A stretch of DNA of 64,000 nucleotides from Candidatus Flemingiibacterium sp. Its GTDB lineage: Bacteria > Bacillota > Clostridia > Oscillospirales > CAG-272. The notes under the pieces were generated by a model. The model did not search any database. It had not been told where the DNA came from and was given only the letters and a program-made list of their open reading frames with translations. The position numbers and the translations under genes are program-made. Numbering within the stretch: the stretch's first letter is position 1; each line of letters begins with the position of its first letter. Positions 10,230 through 19,029 of the stretch are shown piece by piece. The stretch spans positions 9,665-73,664 of the forward strand of contig JAZQZL010000058.1 in assembly GCA_045634005.1 (NCBI GenBank), given 5' to 3'.

Positions 10230-10449
10230 GGGATTACGCGGCTTTTTTGAAAAAAAGCCTGGCAAAAAACTTTAAATTGGCTTCGCCCACAGAGTGCTTG
10301 GCTAAACCTTACCCACGCTCTCGGTAGTTGGGGGCCTCGGCGACACCCGTGTCGCCACCCCAACGACCGTTTTGCGCCAAACGCTCGTTTTGCCACATCT
10401 TTGAAGCTCTCGTGTTTTCTGTAGGGACAGGCGTCCTCGACTGTCCACC
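10230..10449. repeat. structured interspersed repeat, copy A (intercistronic, rdgB to yhbY)
   Basis: Colinear similarity to 15671-15846 and, in inverted orientation, to 31975-32170. It contains the hairpin GGCTTTTTTGAAAAAAAGCC (10240-10259), the nested palindrome GTTGGGG..GGCGACAC-CC-GTGTCGCC..CCCCAAC (10328-10364) and the hairpin GGACAG..CTGTCC (10425-10446). Confidence 0.8.
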
Positions 10450-11058
10450 TCACACCTCGCTGTTTTCGACGTATTCGGTGAATTTCTCCACGAATCCGCG
10501 CATCGCCTTACCGCGGTGGCTTACAGAGTTCTTTTCATCGGGTGTAAGTGCGGCGAAGGTCTTTCCGAAAGGAGCATAGTAGAACAGCGGATCGTATCCG
10601 AAGCCGCCCTCTCCGTCGGGCGCGTGAAGTATGGTGCCCTCGCACGTGCCCTCAACCTGGAAATACGTGCCGTCAGGGAACGCGCAGGTAACTACCGTGC
10701 AGAAGCGTGCAGTACGCTTCTCATCGGGCACGTCACGCAGAGCTTCAAGCAGCTTCGCGTTGTTTGCAGTATCCGTGCCCTCCTCGGAGTAACGCGCGGA
10801 GTACACACCGGGCGCGCCTCCAAGCGCGTCAACGGCAAGTCCCGAGTCATCGGCAATTCCGATATATCCAAGCTTTGCGGGAACACTCGCCTTTATAAGC
10901 GAATTTGCCGCAAAGGTGTCGCCGTCCTCCACTATCTCGTCGTAAAAGCCAATATCGTCAAGCGACAAAACCTCGACCTCAGAAGAGAGCGCCGAAAGCA
11001 GAGTCTGAAGCTCCGCTATTTTCTTTCGGTTTCTTGATGCAAGTACAAGCTTTAACAT
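10450..11058 (-). CDS. rdgB: XTP/dITP diphosphatase (RdgB/HAM1 family)
   Basis: 202 aa with typical Ham1 sequence (ASRNRKKIAE...SGLAVDALGGAPGVYSARY...FGYDPLF). Confidence 0.9.
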   Translation of the reverse strand: MLKLVLASRNRKKIAELQTLLSALSSEVEVLSLDDIGFYDEIVEDGDTFAANSLIKASVPAKLGYIGIADDSGLAVDALGGAPGVYSARYSEEGTDTANNAKLLEALRDVPDEKRTARFCTVVTCAFPDGTYFQVEGTCEGTILHAPDGEGGFGYDPLFYYAPFGKTFAALTPDEKNSVSHRGKAMRGFVEKFTEYVENSEV

Positions 11059-11072
11059 ATCAGCACCTCAAC

Positions 11073-11981
11073 TTACGCCTCAAAAAGCGCATTTACGAAA
11101 TCGCTCGCATCGAATTCCTGCATATCGTCCATCTGCTCGCCAACTCCGATAAACTTAACGGGAATATCAAGCTCCTCTTTAATCGAGAATACGATACCGC
11201 CCTTTGCCGTACCGTCGAGCTTGGTTAAAATAAGTCCCGTGATATCGGCGGCATTTTTAAATTCCTTCGCTTGATTTACGGCGTTCTGCCCCGTTGTTGC
11301 GTCAAGCACGAGCATAGTTTCGCGCGACGCCCCGGGAAGCTCGCGCTCAATAACGCGATTGATCTTCGCAAGCTCGTCCATAAGGTTTTTCTTGTTGTGA
11401 AGTCGTCCCGCCGTGTCAACGATAAGCACGTCTGCCTCACGCTTCTTCGCCGCGCTGACCGCGTCGAACACAACCGCCGCAGGGTCCGAGCCCTCGGTGT
11501 GCTTTATAAGCTCAACACCGACTCTGTCTGCCCAAACCTGAAGCTGGTCGATAGCCGCCGCACGGAAGGTATCCGCCGCCGCAAGCACAACGTGCTTGTT
11601 CTGCGACTTGAGTCTGTTTGCTATCTTCGCAATAGACGTTGTCTTGCCAACGCCGTTTACGCCGATAACGAGTATAACGCTCGGCGTGGTATCGAGCTTT
11701 AACGGCTCGCCGTCGCCTATCATATCGGTGAGTATCTGAGTAAGCGCAAGTCTGCAAGCCTCCGGCTCGGTGATGCGCTCGTCGCGGATACGCTCGCGAA
11801 GCTGCTCGATTATAGCCTCAGTCGAATTAACTCCGACGTCAGCCATTATTAAAATTTCCTCAAGCTCCTCAAGTAAATCCTCATCGACCTTTACAAAGCT
11901 TTTGAAAAGGTTGTCGACCTGCTTGAAAAGCGCATTTTTGGTTTTGCTGAGACCTTCTTTAAGGCGGTCAAAAAATCCCAT
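11073..11981 (-). CDS. ftsY: signal recognition particle receptor FtsY
   Basis: SRP GTPase motifs (GVNGVGKTTSIAK, DTAGRL, TKLDGTAKGG). It lies downstream of smc, as is usual in Firmicutes. Confidence 0.95.
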   Translation of the reverse strand: MGFFDRLKEGLSKTKNALFKQVDNLFKSFVKVDEDLLEELEEILIMADVGVNSTEAIIEQLRERIRDERITEPEACRLALTQILTDMIGDGEPLKLDTTPSVILVIGVNGVGKTTSIAKIANRLKSQNKHVVLAAADTFRAAAIDQLQVWADRVGVELIKHTEGSDPAAVVFDAVSAAKKREADVLIVDTAGRLHNKKNLMDELAKINRVIERELPGASRETMLVLDATTGQNAVNQAKEFKNAADITGLILTKLDGTAKGGIVFSIKEELDIPVKFIGVGEQMDDMQEFDASDFVNALFEA

Positions 11982-12006
11982 TTGTGTGTCCTTTCTCTAT
12001 GGGGTA

Positions 12007-15000
12007 TTATTTGCTGGCTTTTTCGAGGGTAGCCTCTGCCTCTGCCACGTCGAGCGGCAGGATAGTCGATATACCGCGCTCCTGCATCGTAACACCGTAG
12101 ATACGGTCTGCGATCTCCATCGTACCGCGGCGGTGAGTGATAACGATGAACTGCGTGCGGCTCGCATAGCGATGGAGGTAATCCGCAAAGCGGAATACGT
12201 TCGCATCGTCGAGCGCCGCCTCGACCTCGTCGAAGATACAGAACGGCGTCGGGCTGAAGCGAATGATCGCGAAAAGCAGTGCAATTGCAACGAACGACTG
12301 CTCACCACCCGAAAGAAGTGTCATGCTCTTAATTACCTTGCCGGGAGGCGCAACGCGTATCTCGATACCGCTCGTCAATACGTTTTCAGGATCGGTAAGC
12401 GCAAGCTCTGCAGTACCGCCGCCGAAAAGCTCGGCGAAAACGATCTTGAAGTTGCGGTCGATCTCGGCGAATGCCGTTGTAAACGTTTCACGCATCTCAT
12501 ATTCGAGCTTGACAATTATTTCAAGCAGGTTATCCTTGGACTTTTCAAGGTCGCCGATCTGCTCCGACATAAAGTCAAAACGGTTCTTGACCTCGGTGTA
12601 TTCCTCGATTGCGTTGAGATTAACGCTTCCGAGTGCACGAAGCTTGTTGCGATATTCGGTAAGCTCCGTCTGAACGGCATTTCTCGTTTCCTTTGTAACC
12701 GGAGGATACTGGCATTCGAGTGCCGTCGAATAAGTAAGCTCATACTCATCCCAAAGACGCGAGGTGTGCTTGTCGCGGTTTTCGACAAGATTTTTCTGGC
12801 GGTTCTCCGCGAGAGTAAAGTCGCGGAAGCAAAGCTCGCGCTTACTCATCTTATCCTTTATTTGAACGCGGAGCTGATTCAGCTTCTGCTCATATTCAAG
12901 GTTCTTTGTAGAGGTTGCGGCACGTTCGTCCTCGAGCTCACCGATAGATGTCGCAAGCTCCGTCATCTGCGCCTTCATCTGTGCAATAAGCGAAGCCGCG
13001 CCCACGTTTTCCTCGGCAAGAAGCGCCGATACGCGTTCGTTTTCAGCCGTTTCGCTGTCATTCTCCTCAAGACGTGCACGCATCTCGTCGAGCTCGTACT
13101 GACGAAGCTCAACGTCCTTGCCTGCCTCTGCGCGACGAACGAGCATATCACTGCGCTCACGCTCACAGTCGTCGATAAGCTCCTCAAGCTCACCGAGCTT
13201 GTCTGCTCCGGCGGTACGCTCTGCGGAAAGCTTTTCGTTGTTGACACGGGTTTCCTCAACCTCGGCATTAAGCTTGGTTATACCGTCGGCGCGCTCGAGC
13301 GCATCAGTCTTGATTGCCTCAAGGTCGCGTTCAAGTGAGGCGGAAAGATTACGCTCGCCGCCAAGCTGACTTCTGATGACCTCAAGCTGTGTTTTCTCTG
13401 CGCCCATAAGCGATTCAAGCATTGCATTCTGCGAAGCAAGTGCAGATATCTCCTTGGTTTTGGAAGCGATTCCGTCATCGCACTTCGTTTGCTCTTTCTT
13501 GATCTCATCAAGCTTTGCGGAAAGCGTTTCGATGTCACGCGTCAGCTTCTCGGTTTCCGCTTTTCTCGTAAGCATACCCGAGTCACGCTTCGCCGAGCCG
13601 CCCGTAAACGAACCGCCCGCATTAATGACCTGACCGTCGAGCGTTACCACGCGCACCTTGTAGCCCGTTGCCTTCGCCATAGCGGCGCCGTTGTCGATGT
13701 TATCGAAAATGAGTGTAGCACCGAGCAGGTTTTTGATAACGCCCGAATATTTTTCGTCGAACTCGATAACCGTATCCGCCGTACCGAGATAGCCGTCGTA
13801 TCGCTTACATTCCGCATCACTGACAGGGCTGTAACGCGGCTTCATCGAGCTTATCGGATAGAATGTCGCACGGCCCGCGTTTTTGTCCTTAAGGTGACGG
13901 ATAGCCGCCTTTGCGGTGTTTTCGTCATCGACGATTATATTCTGAATATTTGCGCCAAGCGCGGTTTCGATTGCAAGAGTGTAACGCGAGCCAACGCTGA
14001 TAAGGCGCGAAACGGGGCCGTAAATTCGTCCGCTTTTTGCATCAATGTCGGAAATGCGCGAGGTGCCCGCGATATGACCCGCCTCATATTCGCTCATAAC
14101 AAAGCGTACGCTCTGCGCGTATCCCTCGAAAAGCTCCTCCATGCGGCGGATAGCATCGATACGGTGCTTCTTCGCGGTATATTCGAGGTAGGTTTCGTTG
14201 GATGCATCAATAAGATCCTGCTTCTTTTTCTTAAGTTCGTCCACAGAAGCGGTCATCTCGGAAATCTGCGAGGTAAGCTGCTCGCTCTTCTGACGGTAAT
14301 CTGCGATAACCTTGTCAGCCTTACTTGCGCGCGCTTCAAGCATCGCCGAGCTTTCGGCGTACTTATCAAGCTCCAGACGAAGCGAGCTTGCCTTATCACT
14401 GTCGCTCTTTTCTGTGGTATCAAGCACGGAAAGACGAATTTTCAATTCAACGATACGCTCTTCACCGCGCTTGAGTTCCTCAAGCTGGCTTTCGAGCTTT
14501 GCACGAAGCTCATCGCGCTCACAGCGTGCTGCATCAGCCTTTGCCTCGAGTGCGGCAAGGTCAGCGCCAAGGCTGTCCGCGCCTCCGAGTGCGAGATCGA
14601 GCGCCGCCTGCTTAAGCTTCAGCTGCTCCTCGATCTGTGCCTTACGCTCGGCAAGCTTTAATTTAGCCTCGTTTTTATCGGAAAGCTGCATCTGTCTGTG
14701 AGCAACGTCATTCTCGGTAAGCTTTATCTTGTTGTCAAGCTCGTGCGACGTCTGACGTGCCGCTTCGATCTCTGCCTGCAGCTGCTCGTATTTATATTTA
14801 GATTCCTGCGACACCTCGAAAATACGCTCGTTTTGATTCTCGAGCGATTCGAGCGCCTCGGTTACGATGTCAAGCTCGTTCTTCGAGAGCTTAAGCTGGT
14901 CGTCCGCTTCCTTTAAGTCTGCGGAGAGCTTGTCCATATCGTATATCCAAAGCGAAACGTCGTCGCGCTTTTTTATCTCAAAGTATTCAAGATATTTTCT

Positions 15001-15636
15001 CGCCTTCTCCGCCTCTCTTTCAAGCGGTCCTACACGTCCCTCAAGCTCGGACATAATATCGCGAAGGCGTGTTAAGTTATCGTCGACGGAAGCAAGCTTA
15101 CGCTCTGCCTCCTCCTTCTTGTATCTGTACTTGGAGATACCTGCCGCCTCCTCGAAAATGGAACGGCGATCCTCACTCTTTCGCGAAATAATTTCCGCAA
15201 TACGTCCCTGTCCGACGATGGAATATCCCTCTCGTCCGACACCCGTATTCATAAATAGCTCGTGTATGTCGCGAAGGCGTACTGCCTTGCGATTGATGTA
15301 GTATTCACTCTCGCCCTTGCGATAGTAGCGGCGAGTTACCGATACCTCGTCAAAGTCGATGTCCATCTGACGATCGGTATTATCGAACGTTACCGTTACC
15401 TCGGCAAAGTTCATCTGACGTCTGTCGTCCGTACCGCCAAATATTACGTCCTCCATCTTCGTGCCGCGGATCTGTCTTGACGAAACCTCGCCAAGCACCC
15501 AGCGCATCGCATCCGAGATGTTGGACTTACCGCTTCCGTTCGGGCCGACTACGACCGTCGCACCGCGGTCAAATTTGAGCACAGTACGGTCAGGAAAGGA
15601 CTTGAAGCCGAACAGTTCAAGCGATTTTAAGTACAT
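12007..15636 (-). CDS. smc: chromosome partition protein Smc
   Basis: 1209 aa. It has an N-terminal Walker A (GPNGSGKSN), long coiled coils, a hinge, and a C-terminal signature plus Walker B (LSGGEQSF...FCIFDEVEAALD). Confidence 0.95.
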   Translation of the reverse strand: MYLKSLELFGFKSFPDRTVLKFDRGATVVVGPNGSGKSNISDAMRWVLGEVSSRQIRGTKMEDVIFGGTDDRRQMNFAEVTVTFDNTDRQMDIDFDEVSVTRRYYRKGESEYYINRKAVRLRDIHELFMNTGVGREGYSIVGQGRIAEIISRKSEDRRSIFEEAAGISKYRYKKEEAERKLASVDDNLTRLRDIMSELEGRVGPLEREAEKARKYLEYFEIKKRDDVSLWIYDMDKLSADLKEADDQLKLSKNELDIVTEALESLENQNERIFEVSQESKYKYEQLQAEIEAARQTSHELDNKIKLTENDVAHRQMQLSDKNEAKLKLAERKAQIEEQLKLKQAALDLALGGADSLGADLAALEAKADAARCERDELRAKLESQLEELKRGEERIVELKIRLSVLDTTEKSDSDKASSLRLELDKYAESSAMLEARASKADKVIADYRQKSEQLTSQISEMTASVDELKKKKQDLIDASNETYLEYTAKKHRIDAIRRMEELFEGYAQSVRFVMSEYEAGHIAGTSRISDIDAKSGRIYGPVSRLISVGSRYTLAIETALGANIQNIIVDDENTAKAAIRHLKDKNAGRATFYPISSMKPRYSPVSDAECKRYDGYLGTADTVIEFDEKYSGVIKNLLGATLIFDNIDNGAAMAKATGYKVRVVTLDGQVINAGGSFTGGSAKRDSGMLTRKAETEKLTRDIETLSAKLDEIKKEQTKCDDGIASKTKEISALASQNAMLESLMGAEKTQLEVIRSQLGGERNLSASLERDLEAIKTDALERADGITKLNAEVEETRVNNEKLSAERTAGADKLGELEELIDDCERERSDMLVRRAEAGKDVELRQYELDEMRARLEENDSETAENERVSALLAEENVGAASLIAQMKAQMTELATSIGELEDERAATSTKNLEYEQKLNQLRVQIKDKMSKRELCFRDFTLAENRQKNLVENRDKHTSRLWDEYELTYSTALECQYPPVTKETRNAVQTELTEYRNKLRALGSVNLNAIEEYTEVKNRFDFMSEQIGDLEKSKDNLLEIIVKLEYEMRETFTTAFAEIDRNFKIVFAELFGGGTAELALTDPENVLTSGIEIRVAPPGKVIKSMTLLSGGEQSFVAIALLFAIIRFSPTPFCIFDEVEAALDDANVFRFADYLHRYASRTQFIVITHRRGTMEIADRIYGVTMQERGISTILPLDVAEAEATLEKASK

Positions 15637-15670
15637 ATTTGTTTTTCTCCTTTCCGTAGTTTTTGTGTAT

Positions 15671-15930
15671 AGGGGTTACGCGGCTTTCTTGAAAGAAAGC
15701 CTGGCAAAGAACTTCATAGGGCTCCGCCATAACATCGGTTTTGGCTAAGCCGCTCCCACACTCTCGGTAGTCGGGGCCCTGCCGACACCCGTGTCGGCAT
15801 CCCAACGACCGTGTTGCGGTAAACGCTTGTTTTGCTATATCTTTGGCGTTTGCGGCATAATCAGCCTCGCCCTTTGGGAGAGGTGGCACGGCAAAGCCGT
15901 GACGGAGAGGGCACCACATCTTTGGCGCTA
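15671..15930. repeat. structured interspersed repeat, copy B (between the radical SAM gene and smc)
   Basis: Same core as copy A: hairpin GGCTTTCTTGAAAGAAAGCC (15682-15701) and palindrome GCCGACAC-CC-GTGTCGGC (15781-15798). It also carries an extra 69-bp module (15849-15917) bounded by the direct repeat ATCTTTGGCG. Confidence 0.8.
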
Positions 15931-15936
15931 CATTGA

Positions 15937-16959
15937 TTAAAGCTCGATGCGCACGCTGTATTTCTCTAAACCGTCGCGCTCGATTATCTTTACGCTTCTT
16001 GCGCCGTAATCGTTTAGGATGCGCATCTTGTTCGCGCGCTTCTGACCTGCGACCTTGGATACTTCCCCGCGCGGCACATATACGGTAATATCACCGCCGC
16101 GCATACGCTCCTCAAGGTCATTTGAAGTAATATATTCGCGTATTTTTTGGTAGTAAAGCTCGGAATATACCATCTCGCCAAACGCGCTGTGGTACGCACC
16201 TCCGACAATCGTGCCTTCTTCGAAAAGGTTGTCCGCAGCGCAAAGTCCGAGACGTATAACAGGCAGGTTATTCTCCGTGAATACCCGAAGCACAGCCGCC
16301 GAGCGTTCGATCGCATCATCCATTTTAAGCGGCTCATATTCGCCGCGTACCATCATCTCGGCAAGCTCGGTGTCGCAAAAAACGACGGTCGAATAAATTC
16401 TCGCCGCATCGCATCCAAGCGAAACTATCTCTTTTGCAGTTGCTATCTCGTCGTCAGGCGTAGACTCGGGAAGCCCTATCATCATCTGACCGACAAGATT
16501 AAATCCTCGTGATTTTATAAGTCTGCACGCCGCCCTCGCGCACTCTGCGGTATGTCCGCGCTTCGATGCTACGAGCACTTTGTCGCTCATACTCTGAAGT
16601 CCAAGCTCAATGTCGGTGACACCGTGCTCGGCAAGAATGTCGAGTATCTCACTGTCGATATAATCCGGACGCGTTGAGAGGCGTATCGCGCTCACCCGCC
16701 CGCTATCGACGTGCTCCTTGGCAATTCCGAGCAGATAAAGCATATCGCCGCGGTCAATACCCGTGAACGATCCGCCGAAGAATGCAATCTCCGCATCAAC
16801 GGATTCGGCATCGACCGTAGAAAGCTCGTTTTCAAGCTCATGTTTCACCGAATGAATATCGAAGCTCATCTTTCCCGATATGCGCCTTTGATTACAGAAA
16901 ACGCAATCGTTCGGACAGCCGACGTGTGGGATAAAAACGGGAACGTTTTTGTGCTTCAT
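15937..16959 (-). CDS. radical SAM protein (ELP3-like Fe-S oxidoreductase)
   Basis: CPNDCVFCN radical SAM cysteine triad near the N-terminus. Its position between rnc and smc is conserved in Clostridia. Confidence 0.8.
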   Translation of the reverse strand: MKHKNVPVFIPHVGCPNDCVFCNQRRISGKMSFDIHSVKHELENELSTVDAESVDAEIAFFGGSFTGIDRGDMLYLLGIAKEHVDSGRVSAIRLSTRPDYIDSEILDILAEHGVTDIELGLQSMSDKVLVASKRGHTAECARAACRLIKSRGFNLVGQMMIGLPESTPDDEIATAKEIVSLGCDAARIYSTVVFCDTELAEMMVRGEYEPLKMDDAIERSAAVLRVFTENNLPVIRLGLCAADNLFEEGTIVGGAYHSAFGEMVYSELYYQKIREYITSNDLEERMRGGDITVYVPRGEVSKVAGQKRANKMRILNDYGARSVKIIERDGLEKYSVRIEL

Positions 16960-17672
16960 TATTTGTCGCCGAAAAGCACAAGCGCCTCTTTAGCCGCCAT
17001 CTGCTCTGCCTCGCGCTTACTCTTGCCCTTACCGTGACCGATGACGTTGCTGTTGAGCCTTGCCTCGACGGTAAATATCTTCGCATGATCGGGACCTTCC
17101 TCGCCCACCATAACGTATTCGAGGATCTCTCCGCGCTCTTGCTGAACGATCTGCTGAAGCAAGGTCTTATAGTCCTTGTTTTTGCCGTTTTCGACAAACT
17201 GCTTTATCTCGGGAATTACGCGCGGCATAAGGAATTTTTCCACCGCCTCACGTGAGCCGGAATCAAGATATATCGAAGCAAGCAGCGCCTCAAACGCATC
17301 TGCAAGTATCGACACGCGCTCACGTCCGTTTGATAATTCCTCACCGTGACCGAGGCGCATAAACTTGCCAAGCTCCATATCGAGCGCAAGCTTACCGAGC
17401 GTTTTCTCGCACACCGCACTCGCACGGATACGTGTAAGATCTCCCTCGGGAGTATCGGGATAGTGCTTATAAAGATAATCGCTGACGATTATCGAAAGCA
17501 CGGAGTCGCCGAGGAATTCAAGGCGCTCGTTAAACTCAACCGCCTCTCCCTTCGGCTTGCATTCGTTAGCATAGGATGAGTGGGTGAGTGCCGTGATAAG
17601 CAGATCTATGTTATTGTAACGGTATCCGATCATTTCCTCGAACACCTGCGGGGATCGCGGAAGCATTTCCAT
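16959..17672 (-). CDS. rnc: ribonuclease III
   Basis: ORF 16959..17684. The GTG at 17684 overlaps the AAGGAG SD, so I start at MEML (ATG 17672). The RNase III signature ERLEFLGDSV and a C-terminal dsRBD are present. Confidence 0.9.
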   Translation of the reverse strand: MEMLPRSPQVFEEMIGYRYNNIDLLITALTHSSYANECKPKGEAVEFNERLEFLGDSVLSIIVSDYLYKHYPDTPEGDLTRIRASAVCEKTLGKLALDMELGKFMRLGHGEELSNGRERVSILADAFEALLASIYLDSGSREAVEKFLMPRVIPEIKQFVENGKNKDYKTLLQQIVQQERGEILEYVMVGEEGPDHAKIFTVEARLNSNVIGHGKGKSKREAEQMAAKEALVLFGDK

Positions 17673-17691
17673 AACTCTCGCCACTCCTTAA

Positions 17692-19029
17692 TTAATTTTC
17701 ATCTGCACCGACAAATGCTCGGATACATTCCACAGCACGCGCGCCCATAGCCTCGCCGCGCGCCTTTTTACCGCCCTTGACCTTAACGCCGAGCGGTGCA
17801 ACAAGACCGAAATTCGCATTCATCGGCTGGAAGTTGACAACACCCTCATCGGAAACGTATGCGGCAAGCGAGCCGATAACACTCTCGCGCGGGAAGTAAA
17901 CCGTATCCTCACCGAGTGCCATCTTCGCGGCATTGAGTCCGGCGACAAGTCCGCTCGATGCGGATTCAACGTAACCCTCGACGCCGGTCATCTGACCTGC
18001 GAAGAAGAGTCCCGGACGCGCCTTTAGCATATACGCGCCGTCAAGCAGCTTCGGAGAGTTCATAAACGTATTTCTGTGCATAACGCCGTAGCGTAAAAAC
18101 TCGGCGTTTTCAAGTCCGGGTATCATACCGAACACACGCTTTTGCTCGGGGAATTTAAGATGTGTCTGGAAGCCGACGATGTTATACATCGACTTTTCGG
18201 CATTCTCCTGACGAAGCTGTACGATAGCGTACGCTTCTTTACCCGTCTGCGGCACCGTGATGCCGACAGGCTTCATCGGACCGAAAAGTAACGTATCATG
18301 TCCGCGCTTTGCCATAACCTCAACGGGCATACAGCCCTCGAACACCTTAAGCTGTCCCGCCTTGTCGAAATCCTTAAGCTCCGCTTCCTCGGCGCTGATA
18401 AGCGCCTCCCAGAAACGATCGTATTCCTCTTTGGTGAACGGGCAGTTGATATACGATGCCTCGCCCTTGCCGTAGCGCGATGCGTAAAACGCCTTCGACA
18501 TATCTATCGAGTCAAAGCTTACGATTGGTGCCGCCGCATCAAAAAAGCTAAGATAATCGTTGCCGATAAGCTTACCGATAGTTTCCGACATCGCCTCGGA
18601 GGTAAGCGGGCCCGTTGCGATAACGGTAATGCCCTCGGGAATTTCCGTGACCTCGCCTTCGATGACCTCGACAAGCGGGTGATTCCTTAATTTATCCGTA
18701 ATATACCTCGAGAAAAGCTCGCGGTCAACCGCAAGAGCACTTCCTGCGGGCACCTCGGAAGCATACGCCGCCTCGATTATAAGCGAATCGAGCAGCCGCA
18801 TTTCCTCTTTGAGTACGCCAACAGCATTCGAAAGCATATTAGAGCGAAGCGAATTCGAGCATACAAGCTCGGCAAAGCCCTCGCTGTGATGCGCCGGCGA
18901 ATATTTCAGCGGCTTCATCTCATAAAGCTTTACGGGCACGCCGCGCTTTACAAGCTGCCACGCCGCCTCGCATCCCGCGAGTCCGGCTCCGACTACGTTT
19001 ACAGCGGTAATATTATTCTGCATCGCCAT
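17692..19029 (-). CDS. trmFO: methylenetetrahydrofolate--tRNA-(uracil-5-)-methyltransferase TrmFO
   Basis: FAD-binding motif [15 protein letters not shown] and full-length Gid/TrmFO-like sequence. The start overlaps the topA stop by 11-17 nt. Confidence 0.9.
   Translation of the reverse strand: MAMQNNITAVNVVGAGLAGCEAAWQLVKRGVPVKLYEMKPLKYSPAHHSEGFAELVCSNSLRSNMLSNAVGVLKEEMRLLDSLIIEAAYASEVPAGSALAVDRELFSRYITDKLRNHPLVEVIEGEVTEIPEGITVIATGPLTSEAMSETIGKLIGNDYLSFFDAAAPIVSFDSIDMSKAFYASRYGKGEASYINCPFTKEEYDRFWEALISAEEAELKDFDKAGQLKVFEGCMPVEVMAKRGHDTLLFGPMKPVGITVPQTGKEAYAIVQLRQENAEKSMYNIVGFQTHLKFPEQKRVFGMIPGLENAEFLRYGVMHRNTFMNSPKLLDGAYMLKARPGLFFAGQMTGVEGYVESASSGLVAGLNAAKMALGEDTVYFPRESVIGSLAAYVSDEGVVNFQPMNANFGLVAPLGVKVKGGKKARGEAMGARAVECIRAFVGADEN

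Noticed and set aside
10199-10453. ORFs lying inside the repeat copies that share peptide similarity (RSLGWRHGCRRGP versus RSLGCRHGCRQGP, and CQAFFQKSRV versus CQAFFQESRV). They are 10199..10453, 10328..10579, 15617..15919, 31901..32104 and 31975..32442.
   Set aside because: The similarity only reflects the nucleotide repeat. The frames are not conserved across all three copies, there is no RBS, and they overlap real gene ends. I treat them as repeat-derived spurious ORFs.
15676-15717. A mini-ORF in the repeat's A/T-hairpin module. It reads MKFFARLSFKKAA* in copy B and MKFLRSFFQKA.. (in frame with the downstream gene) in copy C.
   Set aside because: Copy A has TTA instead of ATG at the equivalent position. 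None of the copies has an SD. The peptide-like conservation is explained by the palindromic DNA.
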